Below, one piece after another: positions 24,708 through 38,057 of a stretch of DNA of 64,000 nt; within the stretch, counting starts at the first letter, position 1; the number at the start of each line of letters is the position of its first letter. This DNA comes from Malacoraja senta (lineage: Eukaryota), in the NCBI GenBank assembly GCA_038087875.1, contig CM075986.1:20026001-20090000 (forward strand), written 5' to 3'. Below the pieces are notes generated by a model. That model did not search any database, was not told the origin of the DNA, and was given only the letters and a program-made list of their open reading frames with translations. The position numbers and the translations under genes are program-made.

Positions 24708-27700
24708 AACCTGGCTTGCACAATCAAATAAGATCAAATGACTTTCAAATGAGAACCAAACATTATCTTTCTAACCCTACACATGCATTAGGTTTCTGGC
24801 CTTACGCTGCTTTGATTGTACAAAATCATGCCATGCATCAGAGGGGCATATTTTGTGCAAGAGTAACACTGTATGTAGTTGACATCATATTTAGACAGAC
24901 AGCTTCCTCCAAAAATATCCACGTGTCAGTTTTCATAAGTGAACACTCAATAATCAAATTTCGAGCACTTCAGTTAATAATGTGGTTCCATTTTAGCATT
25001 TTGAAGAAGCACAACACTTCAACTGCATGGGTTAAGGGCTGGACTGATGCTAATCATTTTATTCAGATGGAAAATTTGACAAAGCTTGCTTTAATTCTGT
25101 ACTGATGTTATAATTGTTTGTTGCATGTCTCTGCAAACACGCGGTGTCAATGGCCATAGATGGGACGGTCTCTTTGAAGAGACCAATGTTGGATTAATCA
25201 CTGGAAATAAAATAGCCTTCCTGATTGTCGGAAAGGCAGAGACACCAACACCACCCTGGCCACACACTCATTTCACCCCTGCCATCGGGAAGAAGGTACA
25301 GGAACCTGAAAACTATAACGTCCAGGTTCAGGAACAGTTTCTTCTATTCGGCTATTAAACATGACAACCTCAAATGGGCTCTGAACTGCATAGACTATTA
25401 TTGTTATTATTGCACTATTATTGTGTTTTTTTGTGTGTACATGCGTGTGTGTGTGTGTGTATATATGATCTATATATATGTGTATTTGTGAGTATGTGTA
25501 TATGTACACACACTGAACTTGTTCTCGTTTATTTTATTGTTTACAGTGTACTATATTTACATGTTCTGTTGTGCTGCTGCAAGTAAGAATTTCATTGTTC
25601 TATCTTGGACATATGACAATAAAACACTCGACTCTTGACTAATCCCATTTCTATTTTTCTGATTTTCCTTTCCAAGTGCCCCAGATTCCACCATTTACTT
25701 GGCTACGAGGGGCAATTTATATTAACCTATCAACCTGCATGTCTTTTGGAGCATTGTGACTTGTAAACTAGTGTGCCTGGAACCTGAAGCTGGTTGATAT
25801 AAAAGTCTTTATTCATCAGGAGAAGCAAACATTCTCTTGAAACCCTATCAGTAGAATCTCCCAAACTCAGAGTACGTCAGGTTTTTGTGCTCAAGATCAA
25901 AGATAACAGCAGGTCATTCATTACCAGTTCAATAGCTGCAATGATATTTTGCTCACTTTGATATTTAAGTCTGACAAGATGTTGCATTGAACGACAGACT
26001 GTAGCTGACAAGACAGTCCATGACCATCCAAACATCTTTACTGGGACAAAATAATGAATCTGGATAATCTAAAAGCTTCTGAGGACAGGGAACCGAGGCA
26101 CCAATCGTGTTGTGATGGCTGGCTCTCATGAGTGAACAAATACCCTAATTGTTGATAGACAGAAATGCCAATGATTAAAGCGCTGGAGGAACTCAGCAGG
26201 TCAGGCAGCATCTAGGGAGGAAATAGAGAAGTGACGTTTTAGGTTGGGATATAGATTTGGTTATTGATTTGGATTTTTTTAATAGTCAGAACAAAAATCA
26301 GAATTGGTTTACTATCAGAATTGGATCTTGTTAATCAAGGTTTTCACAGAAATTGTAGAGATTCATAACTTCTAGGAGCTGAATTCGGCCATTTGACCCA
26401 TCCAGTCTACTCCACCATTCAATCATGGCTGATCTACCTTTCTCTCTTAACCCTATTCTCCAGTCTTCTCCCCTAATCTGAAACAACTCAGATCACTTAC
26501 AGAAGGTCTGAAGGAGGGTCTTAACACAAAACATCACCTACTGATGTTCTTCAGGGATCTTGCCTCACCCGTTGAGTTACACCAGCACTTTGTGTCTTAT
26601 TTTATAAACCAGCATCTGCAGTTCCTTGTTTTGACTTTCTATGTCATTTACTCAAGTGACCATAGTCACTCATGCTGATTTGACAATAGTCTAGAAATGT
26701 GGTGCCTTAAAATGAATAGTGCTTCCCATTCTACAACTCCCACTGCTTTTTGTCAGCTTTAGTGTGGAATCTGTTAAGACGTGGGCTGTGGCTTTCCATT
26801 GACGAGGTTTGAGTTGTGTAGGTTGGTTTCAGAAATTTGCTAGTTGTAGGAAAGTAGCTGTTCCTGAACCTGCTGGTGTGGAACTTCAGGCTTCTGAAGA
26901 AGGGTCTCAACCTGAAACGTCACCCATTCCTTCGCTCCAGAGCTGCTGCCTGTCCCGCAGATTTACTCCAGCTTTTTGTGTCTATCTTCGGTTTAAACTG
27001 GCATCTGCAATTCGACATATTTCTACACATGGTCCAAGCTCTTCAGCTGTTTACGATACACTTGGTGCAGGGGGCCATCTTCTCATGTTCGTAACCTTGT
27101 GCAAGGTGCAAGAGACCAAGAATAGCTCAACTTAGGAAACAAACCAACCATAATAATAATAATAATAATAATAATACATTTTATTTATGGGCGCCTTTCA
27201 AGGACACCTTACAAAATTTAACAAATAGTGTAAAAACATGTAAGCGGAATAAAATAAATAGTAAAGACATCACCAGTACACAAATTAAAGACAGAATTCA
27301 GTCCGAAAACAAAAATCAAAAACACAATATGAACCATCCCAGCAGCCTCTTCATTTAACATTTCAGAACGCCGGCTCGGAGACTTGTTCGCCCTCAGGCT
27401 CCTTAGTTTGCCGAGCCCTTATCCCCCACTGATCGAGATTATTGTAAGATCCTTCCCTCTTCCTTCCAGCTCCCCTTTTGCTCACTAATTTTCTGTGAAT
27501 GTTGGGTTGCTTTCAGAATCTTCAGAAGACAGATAAAGAAAATGTTCAAAATCTGTGTCATCCATTTCCCATTATTATTCCCGCCCTCATTCTGTAAAGT
27601 AAGAACATTTAATCTAGCCACGCTCTTCCTTGTTTCATACTCATGTACGTTTGTTATACTTCAGGAGTCAAAAGTCAAGAGTGTTTAATTGTCATATGTT

Positions 27701-27889
27701 CAGACCACAGAAAAATTAAATCCTTATTGGCTGTGGCTTAACAGGCCCGTAAAAGCAATAACAGAGAGATAAATATATAATGATTAATAATACAATAAAC
27801 TAATAGCAGTAACTATAGTAATAAGAGTGCAAAACCGAAGTCTGTAGTGCAGCCAAAGACACAGTTCATCATAGTTTTGTGGTGTGTTA

Positions 27890-28124
27890 AGGACCTGTCC
27901 CACTTGGGCGTCATTTGCACGTCACGCAGATGGCGCGCGAAGATTTTGTACATATCAAAATCCTGGGGCGCCGCGCGCGACAGCTCGTCACTGCCTACGT
28001 TACCACGCACCATGCGCGCCTAATGCGCACCGTGCGCGCATCACGTGCGCGGCACACCGCGCGCGACTTGCGTCGTGACGCGTAAATGATGCCACGTAAA
28101 TTACGCCCAAGTGGGACAGGCTCT
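27890..28124. mobile_element. PIF/Harbinger-like MITE, subfamily B
   Basis: Same TIR. TTA TSD (27887-27889 / 28125-28127). A partial copy with only the right TIR lies at ~32419-32511. Confidence 0.82.
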
Positions 28125-28984
28125 TTAGTGCGTTATAGGTTAGTGTTGTGCAGGGTGATTCAACAGCCTGAGGGTTACTGGGAAGAAGCTGTTCTTGAAC
28201 CTGAAGGTCACGATTTTCAGGTTCCTCTACCTTCATCCCAATAGAAGCGGAGAAATGAGAACGTGGGCAGGTAGGTGTCGGTCTTTGATGATATCAGCTG
28301 CCTCTGTGAGTTTAGTTTGTTCTCATAATGTGTTTTCTACCTCTTTTTTTTCTTCTATTTTAGCAATCCTTTGCTTTTTCTAAAATATTCCAATCTTCTG
28401 GCCTACCATTAATCTTTACAATGTAGTATGTCTTTGCTTTCAAGTTGATATAATCTTTAACTTCTTTAGTAAACCACCGAGGGCTCATTCTTCTCAGATG
28501 GTTTTTTTTATTTCCCAAAGGAATACATCTTTGCTTAAGCCGGAATTAAAGGAATAAAGGAATCAATGAAGGATGTAGGCTTGAAAGACATTGAGGAGAT
28601 AAAGAAAGACCAGAGAGGGATATAAAAGTGAGAGTGAGTAATTTAAAACTGTCTGACTAGGGACGTATATATCCGCAAGCATGGGGGACAGGCTAAATAT
28701 CTAGTAACTCCTCTGTGCAGAAACCATATATAGGTTTGCGGGTTAATTGGTCTTTGTTAGGGAGGAGGCGAGAGTGCGATAACAGAGAATGAGTGTGTAT
28801 GGGTGATTGATGGTCAACATAGACTTTATCAATAATGGTCAATAGTGCTTTAGTTGCATAGTGAAATTCTCATTGCATATATTACACATGCGAGCGGCAC
28901 CATTATTCAAAGTCCAAAGTCCGGTCGGTCCGCGTGGGCCAAAGGGCCTGTTTCCATGCTGTATCTTTCAATTAGAAAATATGT

Positions 28985-30290
28985 AATAGCGGCACATTTG
29001 GATAGCAGTAGCAGGATCGGTCCGAGTCAGCATGGATATACGAAGGGGAAATCGTGCTTGACTAATCTTCTGGAATTTTTTGAGGATGTAACTAGGAAAA
29101 TGGACAAGGGAGAGCCAGCGGATGTAGTGTACCTGGACTTTCAGAAAGCATTTGATAAGGTCCCACATAGGAGATTAGTAGGCAAAATTAGAGCACATGA
29201 TATTGGGGGTAGGGTACTGACATGAATAGAAAATTGGTTGGCAGACAGGAAACAAAGAGTAGGGATTAATGGGTACCTTTCAGAATGGCAGGCAGTGACT
29301 AGTGGGGTAGCGCAAGGCTCGGTGCTGGGACTGCAGCTATTTACAAAATATATTAATGATTTAGATGAAGGGATTAAAAGTAACATTAGCAGATTTGCAG
29401 ATGACGCAAAGCAGTGTGAACTGTGAGGAGGATGCTATAAGGATGCTATGAGGATGCTATGAGGATGCAGGGTGACTTGGACAGGTTGGGTGAGTGGGCA
29501 GATGCAGTTTAATGTGGATAAATGTGAGGTTATCTACTATGGTGGCAAAAACAGAAAGGCAGATTATTATCTGAATGGTGTCAAGTTGGGAAAAGGGGAA
29601 GTACAACGGGATCTGGGGGTCCTTGTTCATCAGTCACTGAAAGTAAGCATGCAGGTACAGCAGACCGTGAAGAAAGCGAATGGCATGTTGGCCTTCATAA
29701 CAAGAGGAGTTGAGTATAGGAGCAAAGGGGTCCTTCTGCAGTTGTACAGTGCCCTAGTGAGACCACACCTGGAGTATTGTGTGCAGTTTTGGTCTCCAAA
29801 TTTGAGGAAGGTCATTCTTGCTATTGAGGGAGTACAGCGTAGGTTCACAAGGTTATTTCCCAGGATGGCGGGACTGTCATATGTTGATAGAATGGAGCGG
29901 CTGGGCTTGTATACACTAGAATTTAGAAAGATGAGAGGGGATCCCATTGAAACATATAAGATTATAAAGTGTTTGGACATGCTGGAAGCAGGAAACATGT
30001 TCCCGATGTTGGGGGAGTCCAGAACCAGGGACCACAGTTTAAGAATAAGGGGGTAAGCTATTTAGAACGGAGATGAGGAAAAACGTTTTCACATAGAGGT
30101 TTGTGAATCTGTGGAATTCTCTACCTCAGAAGGCAGTGGATGCCAATTCTCTGGATGCAGAGTCAAGGGATATGGGGAGAAGGCAGGAACGGGGTATTGA
30201 TTGTGGATGATCAGCCATGATCTCAGTGAATGGCGGTGCTGTCTTGAAGGGCCGTATGGCCTACTCCTGCACCTAATGTCTATTGTCTAT
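28985..30290 (+). mobile_element. Decayed CR1 LINE (RT region + 3' UTR)
   Basis: Broken frames closely similar to the 45276 ORF2 (QHGYTKGKSCLTNL, LDFQKAFD, FADD) with stops and frameshifts, ending in a CR1 tail. Confidence 0.9.
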
Positions 30291-31056
30291 AATTAACATG
30301 ACCATTTATCTCTGATCCCTGGTACTGGCCAGCATTAATACTGTGCAATTGACTGAAGAAACCTAAACAATACTGTCATTCGACAAAAAACCTTGAAAAT
30401 ACTTTAAACAAAATACACGCGTGTGAAATTTGTAGACTGTGGGTAGGTTGTCTTGATTAGATTCTTGCACCCATTGTTACAGAATTATCAATTTGGTCCA
30501 CAAACAGGGCTTTACCCCTTGCTGATTTCCACCAGAAAGATATGAGTCACTTCTCATACGTTGGGAGATATCCGGGCAAGCTACATAAGGTAGTTACGAG
30601 AGCTTTTAATCTGAAATGTGACTGGCGTGCTGCTAGGCTTTTAACAAATTTTACCTGCAGTGGAGATGGCCATGAAGCTTTCAAATCAAATGTTTCAATA
30701 AAACTCCCAACACCTAACTGGTGCATCATTTGCATTGTCATTGATTTACAGACACTGCACTTAACTCGTACTTTTCATCAGAAAAACAAAGCAACAAGTC
30801 CGACATTTATGCTCTATTTAAATAGTAGAAATGAATACTTAGGAGGGGTGAATTAAGTTGTCATATACTAAAGTCATATAAAATGATACCGATCTGATAT
30901 CAGATAGCAGAAGACTGTTAGAAAGAAACTGTATATAAAGATATTTATGAACATTTTTGTCTTAGGATGTTTAAATATACGGAAAATGAACAAGCAGGTG
31001 TAAAATATTCCAGTATAACAAAGTTCTTCAAGCGGTTAGGATCAAAGGATATAGAA

Positions 31057-31355
31057 GGCACAGTGGCGTAGTGTTAGAGTTGCTGCCTTACAGCGCCAGA
31101 GACCCGGTTTTCGATCCTGACTACGGGTGCTGTCTGTATGGAGTTTGCATGCTCTCCCCATGACCTGCGTGGGTTTTTTCTGGTTGATCCGGTTTCCTCC
31201 CACAGTCCAGAGACATACAGGTTTGTAGGCTAATCGGCTTGGTACAATTGTAAATTGTCCCTAGTGTGTGTGGGATAGTGTTAGTGTGTGGAGATCGCTG
31301 GTCGGTGCGGGATTGGTCGGCCTTTGGGCCTTTTTCCGCACTGTAACTCTAAACT
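31057..31355 (+). mobile_element. HE1-like V-SINE
   Basis: Same family as 17160. Confidence 0.82.
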
Positions 31356-33684
31356 CAAAAAACACTAAAAAGAAAATTTATGACAAGTATATTAATTCGT
31401 AACAGATATCCGGAAAAACAGCTTCTGCACTTACTGGGAGATGTATGTTGGATTAATCTACCATGTAATGTAATAAAGACAAAACCACTGGGTTATTCAG
31501 AACATAATTATATCATGTGTTAAGGAGATTAGCATCCCTCCAGGATGTGATTTAGTGGGCAATATGACCTCTTCTCTAACATATGTTCCTATCAAAAAAT
31601 ATGCGCTGTACATCTACATGAAGCATAACTGATAAAATAAGTTACATGAAATGTTGGTTGCAAACGGAAAGCAGTCAAATAATTTATTTTGGATGAATTG
31701 GAAAGTGTTTAAACTGGAAAGAGTGCAGAGATTTATGGGGATATTACCAAGATTTGAAAGGTTGAGCAGTAGGGAGAGGTTGCAAAGGCCAGGAAAATTC
31801 TTTGGAGTGTAGGACACTGAGGGGTGATCTCATAGAGGTGTATAAAATTATAATGCAATTGATACAGAGAATACAGGGTTGGGGGATTCAGGAGCTAGGG
31901 GGTAGAGGCATAAGTTGAAAGGGGAAATATTTAATAGGAACCTGTGGGGCAACTTTTTCCCACAGTGGGCATATGGAAAGAGTTGCCGGAAGTAGTTGAG
32001 GCAAGTACAATAACGGCATTGTACAGGTACATGAATGGGAAAGATTTAGAGGGATGTGGGCCAAATGCGGGCAAATGGGACATGCTTGATTGGGGCATTT
32101 TGGTCAGCATGGACAAGTTGGGCCAAACAGCCTGCTTCTGTATTGCATGACACTATAACTCTATTGCTGCTCATGTATTGTTGAGTTTTTCTGCTTGTTT
32201 GAACTCCAGTTTCATCGCATCAAGCAGAGTGAAACATGAGAGATAAGGAGAAATTCCATTTGCTCTCCTGCAGCAAAGTAATTTAAAGATGATATCAGAA
32301 GCTGATGGCGTACTGTATTAGTGTGCTCTTTATTTCATTTCCCTTACCACATATCAGTAGTTTCTCTGAGGGAGAGGGAATTACGTGCCTGGAAATACTC
32401 AATAGCCATAAGATTTGGCCACCACGCCTCACCACGCGCCATGCGCGCATCACCACGCGCCAACCAATTTTTAGGATGTCGCGTAAATGACGCCCAAGTG
32501 GGACAGGCCCCTTAAGCTGATTTGGCGAGCAACTAGTATGAGGGTGGCCAAACTAATTTCACAGTGAACAAAGCACAAAGTGCTGGATTAACTCAACAGT
32601 TCAGGCAGCATCTGTGGAGGGAATGGATAGACAATGTTTTGGGTCTGGACTCTTCTTCAAACTGATTGTAGTGAGGGGGGATTGGGGGCGGGGGAGCTGG
32701 CAAAGAGGTAAGGGGTAGGACAAAGCCTGGCAACTGAAAGAAGGGTGGATACAGGTAAAGTGGGGTTGATTTGCAGATGGATGAATAAGTGCAAGAGATA
32801 AAAAGGAGACAAAAGAATGTCGGATAAGGAGCGACCAGGAGTGAAATGTGAAGGTGGGATATGGGAGTTTCCCTAAACACGGCACTCAGTAGTGAAACTG
32901 AAGATCTCCAAACTTCCAGCTTATTTTCCTGTTTTTTTATGTAATATTCCCATTGTTTCATATCCTGTATTTTAAGTAGTATTGGTCATGGTGTGTAGCC
33001 AAAGTAATGAGATGAAGCAAAAGTAAATAAATCTGCTTTTACAAAGAAAAATATCAGATATGTCCCTGTTTTTCTTTTTGTGACATTTTTAACGCAGGAT
33101 TTCATCAAAGCCTTAGGCTAATTTATACCAGAAAGATTACATGAATTTTGCAATTTTCCAAATTCTGATTCTGATTCTGATTTTTTTAATCATTTATCAT
33201 CCGATAAGATGGTTTTCTGATACCCAAGTTTTTTGCAGCAGAACGTGAGTAGCAGTGTCCATTTAGTCACGTGCGAAATATGTCCGACATTTTGTGTGGG
33301 AGCTTCAAAATCAGTAAGCGTTCCATAAGTCTTCTGTGTTTTATTTAAACATTTTTGTCTCATTTTCAAATCTTGAAAGCATTTTACTCTTCTCTCCTTA
33401 TCTGACATCACAAATTAGCTCAAAATGATCATAGGTAGGCACCATTTTTTATCCTGTGATATTTCATTATGATTTAATATCTTTCAAATCTTGCCACCCT
33501 ATGTAACAGGTTGGTACCCTTATTTATGGAAACACCCATATGTAAATATAAAGGGTGGCATGTAGGTGGATGGAGACAGGGAGGGTTGGGGGAGAAGAGG
33601 GGCGGCATAATGAGGGAATGGGGCGCCCCAGGTGGGGTCAAAAGAGAGAGGGAGAAGGGCGGAGGGGGGTTACTTAAAATTGGA

Positions 33685-34345
33685 CCCCAGGTACTTTCCC
33701 CAGCACCGCAGGAGATGCAACACATGTCCCTATACCTCCCCCCTCGACTCCATCCAAGGACCTGACAGTCTTTTCAGGTGAGGCAGGGGTTCATTTGCAC
33801 CTCCTCCAACCTCATCTACTGTATCTGCTGTTCCAGGTGTGGACTCTTGTATATCGGTGAGACCAAGCGCAGGCTCGGCGATCGTTTCGCTGAACACCTC
33901 CGCTCAGTCCGGCTAAAGCTACCTGATCTCCCGGTTGCTCAACACTTTAACTCTCCCTCCCATTCCCACACTGACCTTTCTGTCCTGGGCCTCCTCCATT
34001 GTCAGAGTGAGGCCCAGCCCAAATTGGAGGAACTGCACCCCATATTTTGCTTGGGTAGTTTACACCCCAGCGGTATGAACATTGACTTCTCTAACTTCAA
34101 GGAGCCCTTGCTTTCCCTCTCTCTCCATCCCCTCCCCCTTCCCAGTTCTCTGACCAGTCTTACTGTCTCCGACTACATTTTATCTCTGTACCGCCCACTC
34201 CCCTGACATTAGTCTGAAGAAGGGTCTCGACCCGAAACGTCACCCATTCCTTCTCTCCAGAGATGCTGCCTGTCCCACCGAGTTACTCCAGCATTTTGTG
34301 CCTATCTTCGATTTAAACCAGCATCTGCAGTTCTTTCCTACACAT
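33685..34345 (+). mobile_element. Penelope-like element 3' part (GIY-YIG + tail)
   Basis: ORF 33778 NLIYCICCSRCGLLYIGETKR. Closely similar to the 2068-3121 copy. Confidence 0.9.
34212..34243 (+). ncRNA. Minimal hammerhead ribozyme motif in the Penelope tail (representative copy)
   Basis: GT-CTGAAGA-A-GGGT(CTCG)ACCC-GAAA-CG-TC-AC: CUGANGA and GAAA boxes, helix II, palindromic ACGU helix III. Activity untested. Confidence 0.65.
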
Positions 34346-34846
34346 TGGAGATTCAATGTTCATTCTATTAGGTTTTAAGCTGTCTGAGCAACCCAGCAGT
34401 ATGAACATCAAATTCTCCGGTTTGCTTGAATTTTAAACTTCCTAGGGTGCAGGCTTTCAGAGACAGACCATGTTCTCACTGACAAACTCTGTTCAGGAGC
34501 ACTTTGCAAAAGCCTTGGACTGTTCATATCGTCTCTAAGGACAAAATACATTCCTTCCATGGCCATTATATGATTTAGAGGGCAATGAGCCAAATGCAGG
34601 TAAATGGGACCGGCCCTGTATGCCAAATTGGTTGGCATGGCCAATGCTTTTAGATGTTACTTTACTTTTTAGCCTTCAGAGATACAGCGCTGAAACAGGC
34701 CCTTCAGCTCACCGAGTCCGTGCCTTCCAGCGATCACCCCATACATTAACCTACACCCACTAGGGACAATTCTTATAACTTACCAAAGCCAATTAACCAA
34801 TAAAGCTGTACGCCTTTGGAGTATGGGAGGAAACTGGAGCAGCTGG

Positions 34847-35697
34847 AAGTGGTGGCGCTGTTAATCGGCTGCGGCTCGCCTGCAGTCCGTCTGTTTTTAC
34901 TTTTTTCTGTTGTTTTTTTTGTCTTGTTTTGGTTAAGTTTTAGTTTGTTGGGTTGTGTTAGGGGGGGTGAAACATGTTCTCTGTCTCTTCCTTCGGGGGA
35001 AAGCGACTTTTTTGTGTCGTATCCCCCTTCCCTGCCTCCGTCTGCGGTGAGGCCTAATGGCGGAGCTGGCGGCCTCCAACCTGCGACCGACCCCGAGGCT
35101 ACGGAGGCAGAGCCAGCCAGGACTTACCAACGGGAGGGTGGCCGTCTTCGGTGCTGAGGCAGCGGTGGCCCGACTTGCTGGTGCGGCGTTCTGGCTTTCG
35201 GCGGCGGCCTGGAGCTGATACAGCGGGTTCCGGAGCGGAGACTGCGGGACCTGGAGCTGGGGCGGCGGCCCGGAGCTGGGGCAGCGGCCCGGAGCGGGGA
35301 CTGCGGGACCTGGAGCTGGGGCGGCGGCCCGGAGCTGGGGCAGCGGCCCGGAGTGGGGACTGCGGGACCCGGAGCTGGGGCAGCGGCGGGCCGTCTCGGA
35401 GCGGAGATGGCGTTCCGGCTTTCGGCGGCGGCGACATCACCACGGAGGTCTGCTGGACTGGAGGGCGGCATCTTCGGCCTGGATCGATCGCCTCAGCGCA
35501 GAGGGAGAACAGGGAGGGAAGAGACGGAGACTAAGACTTTGCCTCCATCACAGTGAGGATGTGCTTGGTGAACTCACTGTGGTGGATGTTTTAATTTGTG
35601 TTTATTGTATGTTTTGTTATTATTGGTTTTGTGTATGACTGCAGGCATCGCAATTTCGTTCAGACCGAAAGGTCTGAATGACAATAAAGGAAATCTT
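34847..35697 (+). mobile_element. GC-rich non-autonomous retroposon inserted in a minus-strand V-SINE
   Basis: Splits a V-SINE (34660-34846 / 35698-35818). 59-bp tandem units at 35232, 35291, 35350. Ends in a hairpin + TGACAATAAA. Confidence 0.65.
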
Positions 35698-37679
35698 GAA
35701 AACCCACGCGGTCACAGGGAGAACGTACAAACTCCATACAGACTGCATTCATTGTCAGGACCGAACCCGAGTCTCTGGCGCTGTGAGGCAGCAACACTAC
35801 TGCTGAGCCACTGTGCCATGGACAAGCAAGGATGAAGGGGCTATTTCAGTGCTGTACAGCTCTACAATGTTTTTGACCAGGAGTTTAAGGTCTAACGGTG
35901 AGGTTGTAGGGTTCCCTGCTCCAGACAGGTGTCTGATCATTTAACAGCACAATGCAATGATGATTGACCATTCACAATGTTCTTTTACAGCAGATTCAGG
36001 TTCACCAGGCAGCTAGGCAAAGCATTTTTTTTTCCCGTAATTCTGCGGATCAGTGGATTTTTGTTTTTACGTGCTTTGTAGGCTGCTTAGTACTGAACAA
36101 GACAAAGGGATGAAATAACTATCTGTATGTTTCTCCCTAATCTGATTCATGATATGCAAACCTTGAACAATGTAACTCAGAGAAATTCTATACTGTGTAG
36201 AACTTCTCACATTTGTTCATCTGGTTCTGAAATGGCCTTCGAAGTCATCAATCCACATAAACCAATGGTCTCCTCTTGACAGTATCTGCTTGTCTGTAGA
36301 ATAATTCACCAGAGAATTCACATTTGATGTTGCAATCCCTCTTTAAAGGCTGCGTGACAAGCACATTTAGGTAAATTTATTGACATCAGTGATATTGAAA
36401 CATTATTCTGTGACACTGTCCCTTGTTCTACATTTACTTTTGGACTTAACATTAAGCCGTTTCTTTGCATTTTTGTTGCTTCATTTAATACCTTTATGTG
36501 GCCTTCTATCGTTCACTTATACGGTAAAAGAGCGCAAGAATTTCTAGTCTTTCCTCTATAATGTAGCTAATAGGTGTTGGCAATTAGACTTCTGTTGGTA
36601 TCTCCATGAAAATCAAATATGCCTCTTGTTGGAAATGACATGAGGTGATTGTTGTTGACAGTTTTATTATGTAAATCTCCTCCCCCCCCCTCCCCCCTCA
36701 TGTCCCAATTCTTACCTGACTGGTTTAATTAGTTGTTTGTCATTTTACTGGTGTTAGTGGAGTGGTTCGTCTTGCATGGGGTATAAATCCTGCCACGACC
36801 AGTCAGAGAGGCAGCTGGTGACAGCAAATTGCACTGATGCGGGTTATAAAGTACCGCAGAGCACCCCTCTGCTTCAGCAGAAGGAAGCGAGCAGTGGGAC
36901 ATGGTTTAAAGAAGATGCACTGTTAAATAAAGTAAGTCTCAGAGAGGGGTCGTGTGCAGGAATATAATTAAAAAGGACATTAGTAATTGCAAGGAAAGGT
37001 GGTGGCCGGATATGTGGATATTGCTGCAATGTCACATCAACCTGGAGAAATTTAGCTCGGATGACAATTTCAGAGCAGGTTGGGGCTGCCTTAATTATCA
37101 GCATTTTAAATTAGTTTTGGAGGCTCATTCTGTCCTTCATTTTAACTGTAGTGTTAGCATTTCAGCAATTTTTATAGCAACCCCTTACGCAAAATCTGGC
37201 ATGCTTAAATTTTGGTTCAGTGCAAAGCTGGAGTTGTGGACATATAGCAATGAAGTTTTACAGGAATAAGGAATTTGTTAAGATTACATACAGCACGTTA
37301 TTTGCACTTGCTTGCTTTAACTCAATGTCAGCAATGTATGTCGTATTCAGGGCTCAAATGATTCATGTCTAGTTGACAACTCATCTTTTCCTTTTATCAA
37401 GTACACATACACAAACAGTATCTGCTGTGGAATTTTTCAAGTTTCCATCTTTAATCTATATTACCAGGATTTCCTTCTGAGCTTATTCATTGCTACAACG
37501 TCTGTTGTGTTTGCATGTCCTGCCAGACAAACTGATCCCTGTGTCAAACATTGTTTGAAAAGAATCTGCAGATATCTACTTTATTGTACAATTGCAAAGA
37601 AGTTTTGATTCACTATTAGCACACTGCCATGACCATCTTCTTTAGGAAAAAGAAGGTATTATGTTTCAAGACATCATTT

Positions 37680-37960
37680 AGTTTTAGTTTTAGAAATGCA
37701 CCCTGGAAACAGGCCCTTCGGCCCATTGAGTCTGCGTCGACCAGCGATCACCCATACACCAGTTCTATCCTTGAAGCTAGGGACAATTTATAGAACCCAA
37801 TTAATACACAAGCCTGTATGTCTTTGGAATGTGGGGGGAAGCCAGAGCCCATGGAGAAAACCCACGTGGTCACGGGGAGAACGTACAAACTCTGTACATA
37901 CAGCATCCGTAGTCAGGATCAAACCCAGGAATTTGGCACTGTAAGGCAGCAACTCTACCC
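37680..37960 (-). mobile_element. HE1-like V-SINE
   Basis: Same family, reverse strand. Confidence 0.8.
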
Positions 37961-38057
37961 TTCGTTGTACCTCCATATTAACCACAGATTCCATACACCT
38001 TTGATGTGAAGTATGTGATGTGAAGCTGTTCTGTGATCTTGGGTACAATCGCACATG

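Noticed and set aside
30860-31600. Possible ancient L1 ORF2 remnants (also ~33190-33560)
   Set aside because: Only faint resemblance and no continuous frame, so it cannot be supported without an HMM search.
35099-35556. Overlapping Pro/Ala/Arg/Gly-rich ORFs on both strands
   Set aside because: By-product of a GC-rich tandem repeat lacking stop codons.
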